A model generated the notes under the pieces. It made no database searches and was not told the DNA's origin. It saw only the letters and a program-made list of their open reading frames with translations. A stretch of DNA of 64,000 nt from an uncultured Gammaproteobacteria bacterium (lineage in GTDB: Bacteria; Pseudomonadota; Gammaproteobacteria; SZUA-229): contig CAWUSX010000036.1 in assembly GCA_963924875.1 (NCBI GenBank), positions 31,129-95,128 of the forward strand, given 5' to 3'. This document shows, in pieces, positions 19,043-28,023 of the stretch; within the stretch, counting starts at the first letter, position 1; the number at the start of each line of letters is the position of its first letter. The translations under genes and the position numbers were made by a program.

Positions 19043-21697
19043 TTAATGTTGTGCCTCATCAAGCAGTTTGCGTATGCTTTTCAGTAAAGATTGAGCGTTA
19101 AATGGTTTGAGCAATAAATTCTGATGCAGGCTTTCATTAACCATATCGACATTATTGTTGTCTGAAAATCCACTGACTAGCTGGATTTTAATAGCAGGAT
19201 ATTTTTCGTTAATAATGGCGGCCAGTTGATAGCCATCCATGTCAGGCATAATGATATCGGAAACCAGTAAGTCGACCGTTTCATGTTGCAGAATCTCTAA
19301 TGCCTGTTTAGCATTTTCAGCGGGAATAACATTAAAGCCATATTGGGTTAGTATTTCACAGCTTAAGCTGAGTAACGCTGGTTCATCGTCTACGACCAGA
19401 ATAGTTTCCGTACCTTTGATATCTACTGTATAATTTTTTTCTTCCGCTTGTTGTTTATCGTCACTTTCATTGTAACGAGGAAAATAGAGTGAGAATCGAG
19501 TGCCATGATCTGGTTCGGAATATACCTTTATTGCACCACCACTACTGTGTACAAAACCGTATACCTGGCTCAGTCCCAGTCCGGTGCCATCCTTCCCCTT
19601 AGTGCTGAAGAAAGGATCAAAAATTCGAGACTGTACTTCCTGGCTCATGCCGCAGCCCGTATCACTTAATGTCAACTCAACATAATATCCAGCTTGTAGA
19701 TTTAGATTTCTTGAATTTATTTCATCCAGATATTGATTTTTTGTAGTGATAAGCAGATCACCTTTTCCATGCATTGCATGCATTGCATTTATGGATAGGT
19801 TTAATAATGCGTCTTCAAAATCACCCGGTTCTAACCAGACATTGCTTAGATTATCTTCTAAATCCATTTTTAAATTTATATTTGCCGTCAACGTTTTCTC
19901 TAACATATCCCGCTCATCTATTAATATGTCAGTTACATTAATAATTTCAGCTTCCTGTATGTTTTTTTCGCGAGAGAAGTTAAGGAGTTTCTTAGTCAGT
20001 CTTTCGCTCCGTCGTCCTGCATTATAAATGTTATCAGCATATTGACACAACTTAGGGTTGTCCTGTAATTTTTCGATGAGCATTTCAGAATAGCCCAACA
20101 CAACATTTAAGGAGTTATTAAAATCATGTGCAATACCACCTGTTAACCTACCTAATGCATCCATTTTCTGAGATTGACGTAGCGCTAATTCGGTTTTCTG
20201 TTTCGCGGTAATATCTTCCGATATTCCTAATAGATAACTTTCTTTTCCATCATTATCATATAAAGGAATTTTTGTTGTATGCATTATATGCGTACCCTTC
20301 TTAGTTGATATAGGCTCTTCTGGTATATCTAATAACTCACCTGCTGTCAAAACTTCTCTATCTTTTTTCTGGAAAAAATCAGCCTCTTCTTTTGGCCATA
20401 AATCATAATCATTCTTGCCCAACATATCTTCTTTTGATAAGCCAGTTATTTCTTCTGCAGCCTTATTCCATTCAACATAACGCAACTCCTTTGCATCTTT
20501 CACAAATAATATTACAGGAAGATTTTCTAAGATAGAATTCTTGAGCGAGCTAAGAGAACTGTACTTTGTCTCGGCTTTCTTTTTATTAGTCACATCACGA
20601 ATACATTCAACCGTTAAATGGCTGCCAGTAATACCTGGTAAATCGGATGTAGAGAAAGAATAGTACTTATCATTTTTATCTATTGGCAGTTCAAGGCCAT
20701 CAAGCATTTGATCCCGATGTATGGCATTACAGACAGGACAGTCGCTAACAGCAGTATCCTGCTGATGAAAAACATCATGATCTATTTTGCCAATCAATTC
20801 TTCTTTTTTAATGCCGGAAAGTTTGCATGCGCTGTTATTAACCTGCCTGATCACCCCTGTGTTATCAACCACAATAGTCGCATCTGGTATTGCGTCATAA
20901 GTAATGGCGCTTTTGGATAAAGAGGAAAATGGTTCCTGTAATGTTGAGCGTACTATGCCCATAAAAATCAACCAGAATGAAAATAGTTTAAATATATGCC
21001 CCATAAAATTAGAAAGATCATGGACGCCGATATAAAGGGTAAAGGCCAGCTCTGCACACATTGTAAATACAATAGATAAAATCATAATATTAAGAATGTT
21101 TTTTTCTAATAGTTCTCTTTGGTAGAATATGTAACCAACTGAAGCTATTAACATTGATATAATGATATATTCACTAACTATTTTAAATTGGGTTAGACCA
21201 ATACCTTCTATATAACCTGTAGGAAAAATTCCTTTTGTAATTGATAAAACGACAAGCAGCGAAACAAGCCCGTAGAATAAAAAAGCTAGATTTCGATTAA
21301 GTTTGTTTTTTAAAAAATACGGCGAGCTGAGCAATATGAATGCTTCTATATATCGGGAACCAATCCAGTATTGAACACCTATATCGGCACCTGATATTTC
21401 AAGGATCGATATCCCTTCGTAAGTCAATGTATGGAGTAAATCCATACATGCAACCCAGAAATACCCACAGCCTAAATACATAAGATAGTTATTGCCTGTA
21501 TATGGATACATCTGCCATGCAACAACACTTATAAGAATAGCCACAATAATGGCGAACAGCTCAGCAAGGGTATGGAACAACAAGAAGTTATAATTACTCG
21601 TAACAAGAAGTAAAATAGTTAAACACAGCGGTATTAGCCATGAGGAAACAGGAAAGCTTCCTTTGCTGGAAGATGAGATTATAAAGTTTATTGGCAT
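19043..21697 (-). CDS. Membrane-anchored PAS/PAS hybrid sensor histidine kinase with C-terminal receiver
   Basis: 884-aa ORF. It has about 250 aa of multi-TM N-terminus (FHTLAELFAI..., MASE3-like by eye), two PAS regions, the H-box GGIAHDFNN, G-boxes and a REC domain (DLLVSDIIMPDMDG). Confidence 0.85.
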   Translation of the reverse strand: MPINFIISSSSKGSFPVSSWLIPLCLTILLLVTSNYNFLLFHTLAELFAIIVAILISVVAWQMYPYTGNNYLMYLGCGYFWVACMDLLHTLTYEGISILEISGADIGVQYWIGSRYIEAFILLSSPYFLKNKLNRNLAFLFYGLVSLLVVLSITKGIFPTGYIEGIGLTQFKIVSEYIIISMLIASVGYIFYQRELLEKNILNIMILSIVFTMCAELAFTLYIGVHDLSNFMGHIFKLFSFWLIFMGIVRSTLQEPFSSLSKSAITYDAIPDATIVVDNTGVIRQVNNSACKLSGIKKEELIGKIDHDVFHQQDTAVSDCPVCNAIHRDQMLDGLELPIDKNDKYYSFSTSDLPGITGSHLTVECIRDVTNKKKAETKYSSLSSLKNSILENLPVILFVKDAKELRYVEWNKAAEEITGLSKEDMLGKNDYDLWPKEEADFFQKKDREVLTAGELLDIPEEPISTKKGTHIMHTTKIPLYDNDGKESYLLGISEDITAKQKTELALRQSQKMDALGRLTGGIAHDFNNSLNVVLGYSEMLIEKLQDNPKLCQYADNIYNAGRRSERLTKKLLNFSREKNIQEAEIINVTDILIDERDMLEKTLTANINLKMDLEDNLSNVWLEPGDFEDALLNLSINAMHAMHGKGDLLITTKNQYLDEINSRNLNLQAGYYVELTLSDTGCGMSQEVQSRIFDPFFSTKGKDGTGLGLSQVYGFVHSSGGAIKVYSEPDHGTRFSLYFPRYNESDDKQQAEEKNYTVDIKGTETILVVDDEPALLSLSCEILTQYGFNVIPAENAKQALEILQHETVDLLVSDIIMPDMDGYQLAAIINEKYPAIKIQLVSGFSDNNNVDMVNESLHQNLLLKPFNAQSLLKSIRKLLDEAQH

Positions 21698-22114
21698 GGA
21701 AAGAGCACCATATTATTTAATATACATATATAAAATAACACTCTTTAAGATAAATGCTTCAGAATTAATTTTCCGGCATGTAAATATAACTATAAACAAT
21801 CCATACAATTATCCCATGGATGTATTCTTTAGAGGATTTTCAAGTATTTGGTATGCATAGCCTATCTTCCTATAATGGCTATTAGCACAATTTAAATGAA
21901 GGTCAGTTTGTGATGGAAATTGCCGTCACTAATAAGCATTTTACAATATATGCTCATAACAATAAGTTGATTCTTATGGCCACTTACCAGCTTAAATCCG
22001 ACCAGGCTTTGACCTATACATGTTGTGCCGATTAGAAATGTTCACCCATGGAATGTCTGGTTAAGTAATAGTCATGCGACTATGCGACTTGACGAGGCAT
22101 CATCTCAATCGTAC

Positions 22115-22134
22115 AATTCGATACATGTCGAATT
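22115..22134. promoter_or_regulatory. Candidate ArsR/SmtB operator palindrome overlapping the arsR start codon
   Basis: AATTCGA-TACATG-TCGAATT is a perfect 7-bp inverted repeat with a 6-bp spacer. The arsR ATG (22125) lies in the spacer. Confidence 0.4.
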
Positions 22135-22457
22135 ATAGAAATAATATTGAACGGGATGCCGAGCAATTCAAGGCGCTTAGTAACCCGAATCGCCTCGCGC
22201 TATTTCAGCGTATGACGCGATGTTGTGTCCTTGGCACTATCTGTGACATCGAGCAGGCGACGCAGTTAACTGTGGGAGAGCTCGGCGAGGGGCTGGATAT
22301 CGCTCCCTCAACACTATCGCATCACCTCAAAGAACTTAACCGTAGTGGATTGATCCAAATGGAACGACGTGGCAAAAAAGTGGTCTGTTGGGTTGAATCT
22401 GCGACGCTGCAGAACCTTGCGGCGCTGTTTACAGAATCATTGAATTTAGCTGAGTGA
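22125..22457 (+). CDS. arsR: ArsR/SmtB-family metalloregulatory transcriptional repressor
   Basis: The tracked ORF starts at 22074. A likely start is MSNYRNN... at 22125. The protein has the wHTH ALSNPNRLALF....STLSHHLKEL..GL and a Cys cluster, RCCVLGTIC. Confidence 0.8.
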   Translation: MSNYRNNIERDAEQFKALSNPNRLALFQRMTRCCVLGTICDIEQATQLTVGELGEGLDIAPSTLSHHLKELNRSGLIQMERRGKKVVCWVESATLQNLAALFTESLNLAE

Positions 22458-22499
22458 TTAGCCCGAACCTAAACCTGTATTTGAATAGAGTAAAAGACC

Positions 22500-23357
22500 A
22501 TGAGTGATTGCTGTAAACCTGAAAATAGTAAAAATAGCCACACTGAGCACGATCAACATCGACAAGGCGTACGCGATGCCTATGCTCAGGTGGCCCAGGC
22601 GAATAATTCAGATGAAGACTGCGGCATAGCCGCCAGTTGCTGTGGCACGACAGATGATGCCTCAATTAATACCCTCATCTCTACGCGGCTAGGTTACAGC
22701 AAGGCCGAGCTCGATCTTGTACCCTCTGGTGCAGATATGGGGCTGGGATGTGGCAATCCAAAAGCGATTGCTGCTCTGAAGGCCGGTGAGGTCGTTGTCG
22801 ATCTTGGCGCGGGTGGCGGCTTCGACTGCTTCCTTGCTGCTCATGAGGTGGGACATTCAGGTCATGTTATTGGTGTGGATATGACGCCCGATATGCTCTC
22901 CAAGGCGCGTACAAATGCCACAAAGGGCCGGTTCGAAAATGTCGAGTTTCGTCTCGGTGAGATTGAACACCTGCCGATTGCGGATGAGACAGCCGATGTG
23001 ATTATTTCCAATTGCGTTATTAATCTTTCGCCCAATAAACCGCAGGTGTTTAAAGATGCCTTTCGTGTATTAAAAGCCGGCGGGCGCCTCGCCATCTCAG
23101 ATGTAGTTGCAACCGTCGAACTACCTGAAGAGATGCGCAAAGATGCAGGACTCATTGCGGGCTGTATGGGAAATGCATCTCTCATTGATGATCTTAAAAT
23201 GATAATGGCCGATGCGGGCTTCGAAGAGATTAAGATAGAGCCCAAAGATGAGTCAAAAGAATTCATCAAGGACTGGGCGCCGGATCACAACGTCACCGAT
23301 TATGTTGTTTCCGCGAGTATCGAAGCGCTCAAACCCGTTGGCTGTTGCGCAAAGTAG
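22500..23357 (+). CDS. arsM: Arsenite S-adenosylmethionine methyltransferase
   Basis: 285-aa ORF with the SAM motif VVDLGAGGG and conserved cysteines in the GLGCGNP, SNCVINL and AGCMGNA contexts typical of ArsM. Confidence 0.85.
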   Translation: MSDCCKPENSKNSHTEHDQHRQGVRDAYAQVAQANNSDEDCGIAASCCGTTDDASINTLISTRLGYSKAELDLVPSGADMGLGCGNPKAIAALKAGEVVVDLGAGGGFDCFLAAHEVGHSGHVIGVDMTPDMLSKARTNATKGRFENVEFRLGEIEHLPIADETADVIISNCVINLSPNKPQVFKDAFRVLKAGGRLAISDVVATVELPEEMRKDAGLIAGCMGNASLIDDLKMIMADAGFEEIKIEPKDESKEFIKDWAPDHNVTDYVVSASIEALKPVGCCAK

Positions 23358-23466
23358 CGGCTGCTAAAATAACAAACGACACTAAAAGTACTTTCAGCCA
23401 GGCGCTATGCCATGATGTAGCGGATTGGCTAATTGATATACATACACATATGTAGTGCTGGAAACT

Positions 23467-26400
23467 ATGGTCGCAAAACTTATTGAGTTCTTCGTTAACC
23501 GGCATCTGCTGACTAATATGGTGTTTATTAGTGTTATTTTTGGTGGGCTGTTTGCATGGCAGCAAATCAAAAAGGAAGAACGACCCGATGCCACTTACGA
23601 TATGGTGCTCGTTAGTGCAAGTTATCCCGGAGCCACAGCGGAAGAGGTTGAGCACTTTGTTACCCGCGAGCTGGAAGACGAATTAAAGGCCATTGATGGT
23701 GTGTACCGTATTTTTAGCAGCGTTAGCCGTGGCACAACCACGGTAACCGTCGAACTGGAAGCAGATTACCCAGATAAAAATGAAGTAATAACAGAAATCC
23801 GCAATGCCGCACTAAGTGCAGATCTACCCGCTGAGGTGCGTGATAAACCCTCGGTGCGGGTTTTCAAAAGTTCTAAAAAAGCCATTATTGATATTGCGTT
23901 GATTCATAAAAAAGCTCATCTGCTCAATAACGAGCAGCGCCAGGAATTACAACGCTACGCGACCTCACTAGAGTTACAACTCACTAATCTGGCTCAAATA
24001 CACAGCGTCAATCGCTCGGGTTATTTACAGCAGGAGCTGCAAATTAATGTAGACCCGCAAAAGCTGGTGCGCTATCAGATCCCTCTTAGTCAGGTGATTA
24101 ATGAAGTCAGCAATAATAATATTCGGCAACCTGCCGGGCACATTCAGGTAAAAGATGAACCGAATGTCACGATCAATGCACAACTTGATAGCGTTGAAAA
24201 ACTCAACAAACTATATATTCAGGCAGGCTTTAAGGGTAAGGCCATTGAGCTAAATGAAATAGCTGAAGTAAGAACAGACTTTCGTCGCGATAAACAGATT
24301 ACCAAGGTTAATGGGCACCAATCCATTATGCTTAATGTGGTGAAAAATAGTTCATATGGCATCCTCGAATCTCTCACTGCCGTACAAAAAGTAGTTGATG
24401 AATTCCGTGCACAGAATTTAAGTCAGTCTGATATTGAACTGGTGTTACTGGATGATGAATCCTACGATGTGCGCAATCGCTTAAGCATTATTGCTACCAA
24501 CGGTGGCATTGGGTTTTTGTTAATTCTGTTTACCCTGTTTCTGTTTCTCAATAAGCGTGCCGGTATCTGGGTCGCCATGGGCATTCCATTTACCATTTGT
24601 TTAACGATGATTTGTGCATTTGCCATGGACTACACGATAAACAATATTACCCTGGCGGCGGTAATTATTGTGATGGGTATAGTTGTGGACGATGCGATTG
24701 TAGTTGCAGAAAACGTCGCGCGTTTTCGCGCCAATGGATTTAGTTCACAGGATGCAGCGGTAAAAGGTACGACACAAGTTTTTATGCCTATCCTTGCAAG
24801 CATCGTAACAACGTGTGTAGCCTTTGTTCCGCTGTTTTATTTCTCGGGTCGATTTGGATCATTTGTTAGTTTTATTCCGCCAATTGTTTTTTTAATGCTA
24901 TTTGCCAGCCTGCTTGAGTCATTGATAATTCTTCCTGGGCATTTACATATCAGCATGCCTCGTTTGTTTAAGCATAAAGCAGAAACTAACGATATTAAGG
25001 TTCACTGGTTTGATAAAGTCGAAGCAGGTTACGGCAGTTTGCTAATTGGCTTACTAAAATATAAATATCTAATATTCATTATATTTACAGCGCTATTTAT
25101 TGGCTCATTAATGCTTGCCAAGCAGAGCATGTCATTTGTTATGTTTCCACATTCAGAAACACGTGAGATTGTGATCAGTGGCAGTGCAGAAAAAAATGCA
25201 GGCCGTTTTCAAACCGCAATGATTACCAAAGAAATTGAAAATAGTATTGAACCCTATATTGGCAAGGAAGTAGTGGGCTTGCGTACGGAAATAGCGCGCA
25301 GTCGTCATGGTGGAGTGGCCAAAGAAAATAGCTTCCGCATGATCATAGAAATCGTTCCTAAAGAAGAGCGCGTTATCTCTGCAGATGAGCTGGTGAACCG
25401 CTGGAAGCCGCATACAAAAAACATCAAAGGTCTTAAAAAACTAACATTCCAGAAAAGTCGTTGGGGACAATCGTCTGGCACGGCAGTTAGCGTACAGGTA
25501 TTGGAAAATAATGACGCATTGCGCCAACATGCCGCCGAATTATTGTTACAGGCAATGAAGCAACATCCGGACCTCAAAAATGCAGAGATTGATCGGCCCT
25601 TAATGTTGCCCGAATATAAAATAGACATTCAGAGAGAAAAAGTAAAACGTTTGTCTATCAGTCCACAAGATATTGCTACGGCTTTTCGTGCGTCATTAGA
25701 AGGTGAAATTCTTTATGAGTTACCCGACGGTAATGAACATATTGATGTACGTTTGTCGGTAATAGACAGTGCCAAGCAAGATATAGAAAGCATTTTAAAA
25801 ATTCCAGTGGAAAATCGCTCAAACTACCTGGCGCCTTTGGCCGATCTGGTTACTATTGAAAAAACCACCACACCCACCTCCATTAATCGCCAGGATAAAC
25901 GCCGCGCGACTACCGTGTATGCAGATTTAGAAGTAGGCGCTGTGAAAACGCCTTTGCAAATTGCCGAAGATTTAGAGAACGGTGTGTTTAAAAAAATTCT
26001 TAGTCAACAGGCCTCAACCAGTCTGAACTTTGAGGGTGAGGTTGCGGATACCCGAGAATCAAAAAGTGATTTGAATAATGCCATCATAATGGTGACGATT
26101 TTAATCTTTGCTATTCTCACCATGCTGTTTAATTCCATTTCACGCCCACTGATAATTATGCTGGCTATTCCGTTTGGCTTAACCGGCGTTATCTTCGCAT
26201 TCTGGTTGCACGGGCAAACATTATTTGGGTTCTTTGCGGCTATTGGCTCGCTGGGCATGGCCGGTGTGGTTATTAATGACGCGATCATTATGCTCAGCAA
26301 GCTGGATGAGGAATACACAAATCACATTGCTGTCGATATTGATGAGAAAATTGCGCGCATTGCACAAACACGGCTTAAAGCCGTCGTGCTCACTACGTTG

Positions 26401-26592
26401 ACCACGGTGCTTGGCGTGATGCCTACAGCGTATGGCATTGCCGGTTACGATGACATGCTGGCAGAAATGATGCTGGCACTGGCGTGGGGATTATTATTTG
26501 GCAGTTTGATTACCTTATTGTTAGTGCCCTGCCTTTACAGTTTTATTCGCCACATGCAAAACAAATTTATCACGGAACCGCTTAGCTCATGA
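23467..26592 (+). CDS. RND (AcrB/AcrD/AcrF-family) efflux transporter permease
   Basis: About 1041 aa from the ATG at 23467 (MVAKLIEFFVNR...), or 1045 aa from the GTG at 23455. It has the 12-TM, two-large-loop RND layout and the VDDAIVV motif. No adaptor gene is adjacent. Confidence 0.9.
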   Translation: MVAKLIEFFVNRHLLTNMVFISVIFGGLFAWQQIKKEERPDATYDMVLVSASYPGATAEEVEHFVTRELEDELKAIDGVYRIFSSVSRGTTTVTVELEADYPDKNEVITEIRNAALSADLPAEVRDKPSVRVFKSSKKAIIDIALIHKKAHLLNNEQRQELQRYATSLELQLTNLAQIHSVNRSGYLQQELQINVDPQKLVRYQIPLSQVINEVSNNNIRQPAGHIQVKDEPNVTINAQLDSVEKLNKLYIQAGFKGKAIELNEIAEVRTDFRRDKQITKVNGHQSIMLNVVKNSSYGILESLTAVQKVVDEFRAQNLSQSDIELVLLDDESYDVRNRLSIIATNGGIGFLLILFTLFLFLNKRAGIWVAMGIPFTICLTMICAFAMDYTINNITLAAVIIVMGIVVDDAIVVAENVARFRANGFSSQDAAVKGTTQVFMPILASIVTTCVAFVPLFYFSGRFGSFVSFIPPIVFLMLFASLLESLIILPGHLHISMPRLFKHKAETNDIKVHWFDKVEAGYGSLLIGLLKYKYLIFIIFTALFIGSLMLAKQSMSFVMFPHSETREIVISGSAEKNAGRFQTAMITKEIENSIEPYIGKEVVGLRTEIARSRHGGVAKENSFRMIIEIVPKEERVISADELVNRWKPHTKNIKGLKKLTFQKSRWGQSSGTAVSVQVLENNDALRQHAAELLLQAMKQHPDLKNAEIDRPLMLPEYKIDIQREKVKRLSISPQDIATAFRASLEGEILYELPDGNEHIDVRLSVIDSAKQDIESILKIPVENRSNYLAPLADLVTIEKTTTPTSINRQDKRRATTVYADLEVGAVKTPLQIAEDLENGVFKKILSQQASTSLNFEGEVADTRESKSDLNNAIIMVTILIFAILTMLFNSISRPLIIMLAIPFGLTGVIFAFWLHGQTLFGFFAAIGSLGMAGVVINDAIIMLSKLDEEYTNHIAVDIDEKIARIAQTRLKAVVLTTLTTVLGVMPTAYGIAGYDDMLAEMMLALAWGLLFGSLITLLLVPCLYSFIRHMQNKFITEPLSS

Positions 26593-27986
26593 GTAAAAGG
26601 ATATTCAATTATTTAAATTTTCTGTGTTTGCTAATGGCCTCATGTTTAGCAACATCGGTTATGGCGGCAACACAATCAACGCTTAGCCTTAAGGATTTTA
26701 TCGAACAGGCAAGCATTAATGATGTTGCCTTCGAAGCCATACTCATCGATCAGCTTGCATTGCAATATCGGCGAGATATTTTGCTGCCGGATGGTGATGT
26801 GATTATGGATGTAAAATATCAGTATGATTTTTATCTGGATCAGAATCGGAATAATCCCGAGGCAAGTCTGTCACTGAGTAAGCTGTTTCCCTATAACGGT
26901 ACCGAGCTATCGTTGTCCTACGGGAAATCATCATCTGTTTTCAGTAATAGCGAAGACGCCAGTCTGGAATTATTAATCTCCCAGCCGATTGGCAATAATG
27001 CATTTGGTAAAAGTACGCAGTTACAGGATAAAATAATCGGTATCGAAAATGATATTAGTCGCTATCAGATCGTTGAGGCCTACGAAGATTATCTCGCAAG
27101 CTTAACCGCTGTGTATTACAACTGGTATTCTGCTTATGAAAATTTAAGAGTCGGTGAGTTGTCCTATCGGTCAAATCAGAAATTGATGGAAAATATTCTT
27201 GATCGACAAAGGCAAAAGATTGCCCTGCCAATTGATGTTAATAAAATGAAACTGTTGCTCATTGGAAAACAGGAAAATGTGATTGTGCTGCAGGAAATTT
27301 ACGATTCATATGTCAATCTAATTTCAAAAGCTATAAATAATAAAAATAATATTTCTTATATTCCAGCAAAACCCGAGCCGCCGGCTGCGTTGCAAAATTT
27401 CAAACAAGACTATGACGATTTTATAAAACAAAGTCGCACCTACAAAGTGTTTAATATGCTGGAGCAGCAGGGTGGCCTGGAGGTAAAAAGAATAGCTGAT
27501 GACCTTTTGCCATCAACCCGTTTGTTATTGGGGTATCAACTTGAAGGGCAGGACTGGGGAATAGAGGAATCGAATGATAATTTATTTGCCGGTATTAGCT
27601 TGCGCTGGCCAATCGGTAAAAGTGTAAACAAGGCGAAAAAACAAGTTGCGCAGATTGAACATAAAAAAACCATTCTCAGCAATAAAAATAAATATGCCGA
27701 ACTGCGTATCAATCTGAAAAATCTATTTATACAGGTGCAAAGAGAAAAAAAGCTTGTCGAGGTTGCGCAACAAAAAATAAAACTTTCAGAATCGGTGCTT
27801 AAAGATGAGGCAGAAAATTATTCCTATGGAAAAGTAACGCTTAATGACTATATTTCTGCAGTAAATCGTGTCGATGAAAATCAGTTTAGTTATACCGATC
27901 ACAGCGTACAGCTAAACAAGTTGCTGATTGAATGGCTGCGCTTAACCGATCAACTGGTGAATGAAAAGCAGTTAATTAATCAATAA
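26589..27986 (+). CDS. TolC-family outer-membrane efflux protein (divergent)
   Basis: 465-aa ORF overlapping the RND stop by 4 nt. It has a signal peptide and an LSLKDFIEQA... start. Its coiled-coil-rich repeats look like the OEP family. Confidence 0.6.
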   Translation: MSKRIFNYLNFLCLLMASCLATSVMAATQSTLSLKDFIEQASINDVAFEAILIDQLALQYRRDILLPDGDVIMDVKYQYDFYLDQNRNNPEASLSLSKLFPYNGTELSLSYGKSSSVFSNSEDASLELLISQPIGNNAFGKSTQLQDKIIGIENDISRYQIVEAYEDYLASLTAVYYNWYSAYENLRVGELSYRSNQKLMENILDRQRQKIALPIDVNKMKLLLIGKQENVIVLQEIYDSYVNLISKAINNKNNISYIPAKPEPPAALQNFKQDYDDFIKQSRTYKVFNMLEQQGGLEVKRIADDLLPSTRLLLGYQLEGQDWGIEESNDNLFAGISLRWPIGKSVNKAKKQVAQIEHKKTILSNKNKYAELRINLKNLFIQVQREKKLVEVAQQKIKLSESVLKDEAENYSYGKVTLNDYISAVNRVDENQFSYTDHSVQLNKLLIEWLRLTDQLVNEKQLINQ

Positions 27987-28023
27987 TACTTTTTGCAGAG
28001 AAAGTAGTTGGCTCAGAATTCGA

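Noticed and set aside
21663-21860. 65-aa ORF in the promoter region upstream of the PAS kinase
   Set aside because: It starts inside the kinase coding region on the opposite strand, lies in very AT-rich DNA, and has no ribosome-binding site or recognisable domain.
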